Below are positions 62,048-64,000 of a DNA stretch of 64,000 nucleotides, in pieces. The notes under the pieces are model-generated. The model was not told the DNA's origin. It saw only the letters and a program-made list of their open reading frames with translations, and searched no databases. How positions within the stretch are numbered: position 1 is the first letter of the stretch; each line of letters starts with the position of its first letter. Location of the stretch: NCBI GenBank assembly GCA_937136755.1, contig CAKZOR010000137.1, positions 5,032-69,031 on the forward strand. The letters run 5' to 3'. This stretch comes from an uncultured Flavobacteriaceae bacterium. Lineage in GTDB: Bacteria; Bacteroidota; Bacteroidia; Flavobacteriales; Flavobacteriaceae. Made by a program: the position numbers and the translations under genes.

Positions 62048-64000
62048 TTATTTGAGGTTTAAGTCAATAGTTTTGGTGGTGTCATTGTTGAAAAGCACCA
62101 ATAATTTGTTGTTATTTAGAGGTCCAATTGCCCTTGCTTCCATAAAAGGAGGGAGGGGTAAAGTGTTGTTTTTAGTGAATGTATTTCCATTAAATCCGGA
62201 TAGTATTCCTCCAGTATTGGCAGGGGAATTTCCTAATTCTGTTACAAATCCTTTGTAATTTCCAACATAATACAATTTTAAATCTCCGGATTGATGGTCT
62301 ACATAAAAATCCTCAATGCTGCTCATTTGCGCCTCAATAGGCAATGGCTCTCCTTGGAAAATACCGTTGTTGACATACACCATAGAGCGCAGTTCTTTAA
62401 GGTATTTGGTTTCTATTTCATCTGTTGGATTGTCGTAAAGTTGCCCTATTTCCCTCACCTTAGAAAAGGAGGTGTAGGAAGTGAATTTCTTCTTGAGCAT
62501 AGGCATTTGTTTGCTCAGCATATCTTTAGAAGCAAAAGGAATATGTTCGCCCTCGTAAGTGTGAAATACAGTAGGGTCTAGTTGTTCATTTTTATCAAAA
62601 TCTTCAAGATATATTTCCACCGGATGATCTACAGAAGCCTGAATCTTCATGTTTAAACCCGCATTTCCTGCAATAATTTCTGGTTTGTTATCTCCATTTA
62701 GGTCCTGAAGTAATACAGTATTCCACAAGCCTTGAGTATTAGCTAAGCCCAATGCTTCAGTCTGGTTCTCAAAATTCCTTCCGTCCTTGTTAATGAGTAC
62801 TGTGATGGGCATAAAGTCACCTACAAGCACTAAATCTAGCAGACCATCTTGATTTATATCTCCCCATGCACTGTCAGTAATCATGCCGTAGTCATTACGC
62901 TCCAAAAGCTCAAAATTCCCTTTTTGGGTATTTCTTAAAATGACACTAGAGGGTGAAATACCATAGGCTCCTGGGACAGACCTAAACCCTAAAAACAAAT
63001 CTGAGAAGCCGTCATTATCAAAATCTGCCACTGAAATACTCCCGCCATTGGCCATAGGTAAATTGGCCTTAGACCTGGTAAAGTTTCCTTCGCCGTCGTT
63101 TATATAAAGCCTGTCTGCCAATTGTATGTCCCCTTCAGGACTGTCATTACCCCCACTCATCACATAGAGGTCTAAATCTCCGTCATTGTCAAAATCTATG
63201 GCGGCAGCGTCTACGTCTTCATAAAGGGCGTCTTCACTAATGACTGTTTTAATCTCTGCAGTAAAAGTGCCTGCTTCATTTTGCGTATAAAAAGCACTTT
63301 CTTGGTATTTAGCCCCCCCAATAAATAAGTCTTTTAAACCATCTCCATTAAAGTCTTCATGCACATAGCAGGGCCCTTCTGTAGACAATTTTTCCAGCAT
63401 TAAAGGCTCTCTTTCGTAGTCGTAATATTTATTTTCTTGGTGCGTAAAAGGAAAGTTTACAACGGCAGTCGTATTTTTTTTGTCTGTTTTGCTTTGCGCT
63501 ATTTTGGAGTTTTTAAGCGCACTTATTTCTTGATAGGTATTAATTGAAACATCTTTAATAGTTTGCGTTCCACCAATAGGAAATGTAATAGTTAAGGAAT
63601 CAATAGTGGTATTTTTCCCAATTCCAAAGTGAATATTTTGGCTGGAAGCCGATGCGTAGCCTCTTGTAGCACTCAGCTCTTTATACCAAACTTGTTGTCC
63701 TGAAAATAGGGTTAGCTTGGCACCACTCGTGTTCTTTATTTCCGCTGAAGGCAGCAACTTTACACCCACAAAATTGTGCCTACTGGGATCTTGGGTGTTT
63801 TCTAAGATCTCTAGAGGGCTATTAATATTATTAACCACCAGGTCTATATCTCCATCTAAATCCAAATCTGCATAGGCAGCTCCATTGGAATAGTTGTTTT
63901 TTAGGCCTGCTGCTGATGAGTGTTTTTTAAATTTAAAACCTCCTTGATTGTGCAGTAATACATTGGCAATTTCTAACTGGGGCATTTCCTCAATCAGCTT
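62048..64000 (-). CDS. VCBS/FG-GAP repeat protein with an ASPIC/UnbV domain (CRTAC1-like); 5' end lies beyond the right edge of the window
   Basis: Many DxDxDGxxD repeats (DLDLDGDID, DFNGDGLKD, DFDNDGDLD, DINQDGLLD) and the UnbV motif RGYASAS..IHFGIG. The frame stays open to 64000 (K-L-I-E-E before the ORF-track Met). Confidence 0.9.
   Translation of the reverse strand, partial: KLIEEMPQLEIANVLLHNQGGFKFKKHSSAAGLKNNYSNGAAYADLDLDGDIDLVVNNINSPLEILENTQDPSRHNFVGVKLLPSAEIKNTSGAKLTLFSGQQVWYKELSATRGYASASSQNIHFGIGKNTTIDSLTITFPIGGTQTIKDVSINTYQEISALKNSKIAQSKTDKKNTTAVVNFPFTHQENKYYDYEREPLMLEKLSTEGPCYVHEDFNGDGLKDLFIGGAKYQESAFYTQNEAGTFTAEIKTVISEDALYEDVDAAAIDFDNDGDLDLYVMSGGNDSPEGDIQLADRLYINDGEGNFTRSKANLPMANGGSISVADFDNDGFSDLFLGFRSVPGAYGISPSSVILRNTQKGNFELLERNDYGMITDSAWGDINQDGLLDLVLVGDFMPITVLINKDGRNFENQTEALGLANTQGLWNTVLLQDLNGDNKPEIIAGNAGLNMKIQASVDHPVEIYLEDFDKNEQLDPTVFHTYEGEHIPFASKDMLSKQMPMLKKKFTSYTSFSKVREIGQLYDNPTDEIETKYLKELRSMVYVNNGIFQGEPLPIEAQMSSIEDFYVDHQSGDLKLYYVGNYKGFVTELGNSPANTGGILSGFNGNTFTKNNTLPLPPFMEARAIGPLNNNKLLVLFNNDTTKTIDLNLK

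Noticed and set aside
2447..62581. Many short ORF-track entries nested in or antisense to long genes (for example 3695-4213, 11123-11767, 47652-48092, 55156-55650, 59973-60575)
   Set aside because: They lie entirely within well-supported genes and show no family motifs or independent promoters.
1..64000. Mobile elements, prophage, defence systems, tRNA or rRNA genes
   Set aside because: No transposase, integrase, phage or defence motifs and no tRNA or rRNA signatures were seen; intergenic gaps are short.

Overview
AT-rich, gene-dense core chromosome of a Bacteroidota bacterium, most likely a marine Flavobacteriaceae member. This rests on gldE/gldD, a T9SS type-A CTD protein, recurrent TAnnTTTG promoters and a general lack of Shine-Dalgarno sequences. 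About 62 CDSs are present, mostly housekeeping: Rne/Rng nuclease, HU, mutY, ssb, gldE-gldD, an M16 peptidase pair, rplU-rpmA, ahcY, pnuC/NadR-like kinase/DUF4301, greA, truB-uppP-ftsX, leuS, hemD, dihydroorotase, tyrS, trmB and an Mrp-NifU-FNR-ferredoxin cluster. Features missed by the ORF track are the left-truncated Rne/Rng gene, a 29-aa bS22-type ribosomal protein gene preceded by an SD-like AAAGGA, and a TPP riboswitch whose expression platform appears to bury the AUG of a TonB-dependent receptor. The best candidates for under-described systems are: (i) a PhoP/PhoR-like locus with a divergent lipoprotein, a TonB receptor and a cargo-less T9SS CTD protein, with 11-bp-phased TTAACA-like boxes; (ii) PnuC + NadR-like kinase + DUF4301, where DUF4301 shows pyrophosphorylase-like motifs; (iii) a VCBS/ASPIC-UnbV + vanadium-haloperoxidase-family lipoprotein + sodium:solute symporter operon; (iv) a GT39 transferase divergent from polyprenol-phosphomannose synthase; (v) an unexplained 17-bp direct-repeat, structured intergenic element at about 54.1 kb. 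No tRNA, rRNA, IS, prophage or true CRISPR array was seen. All family calls are by motif recognition, with no database search.
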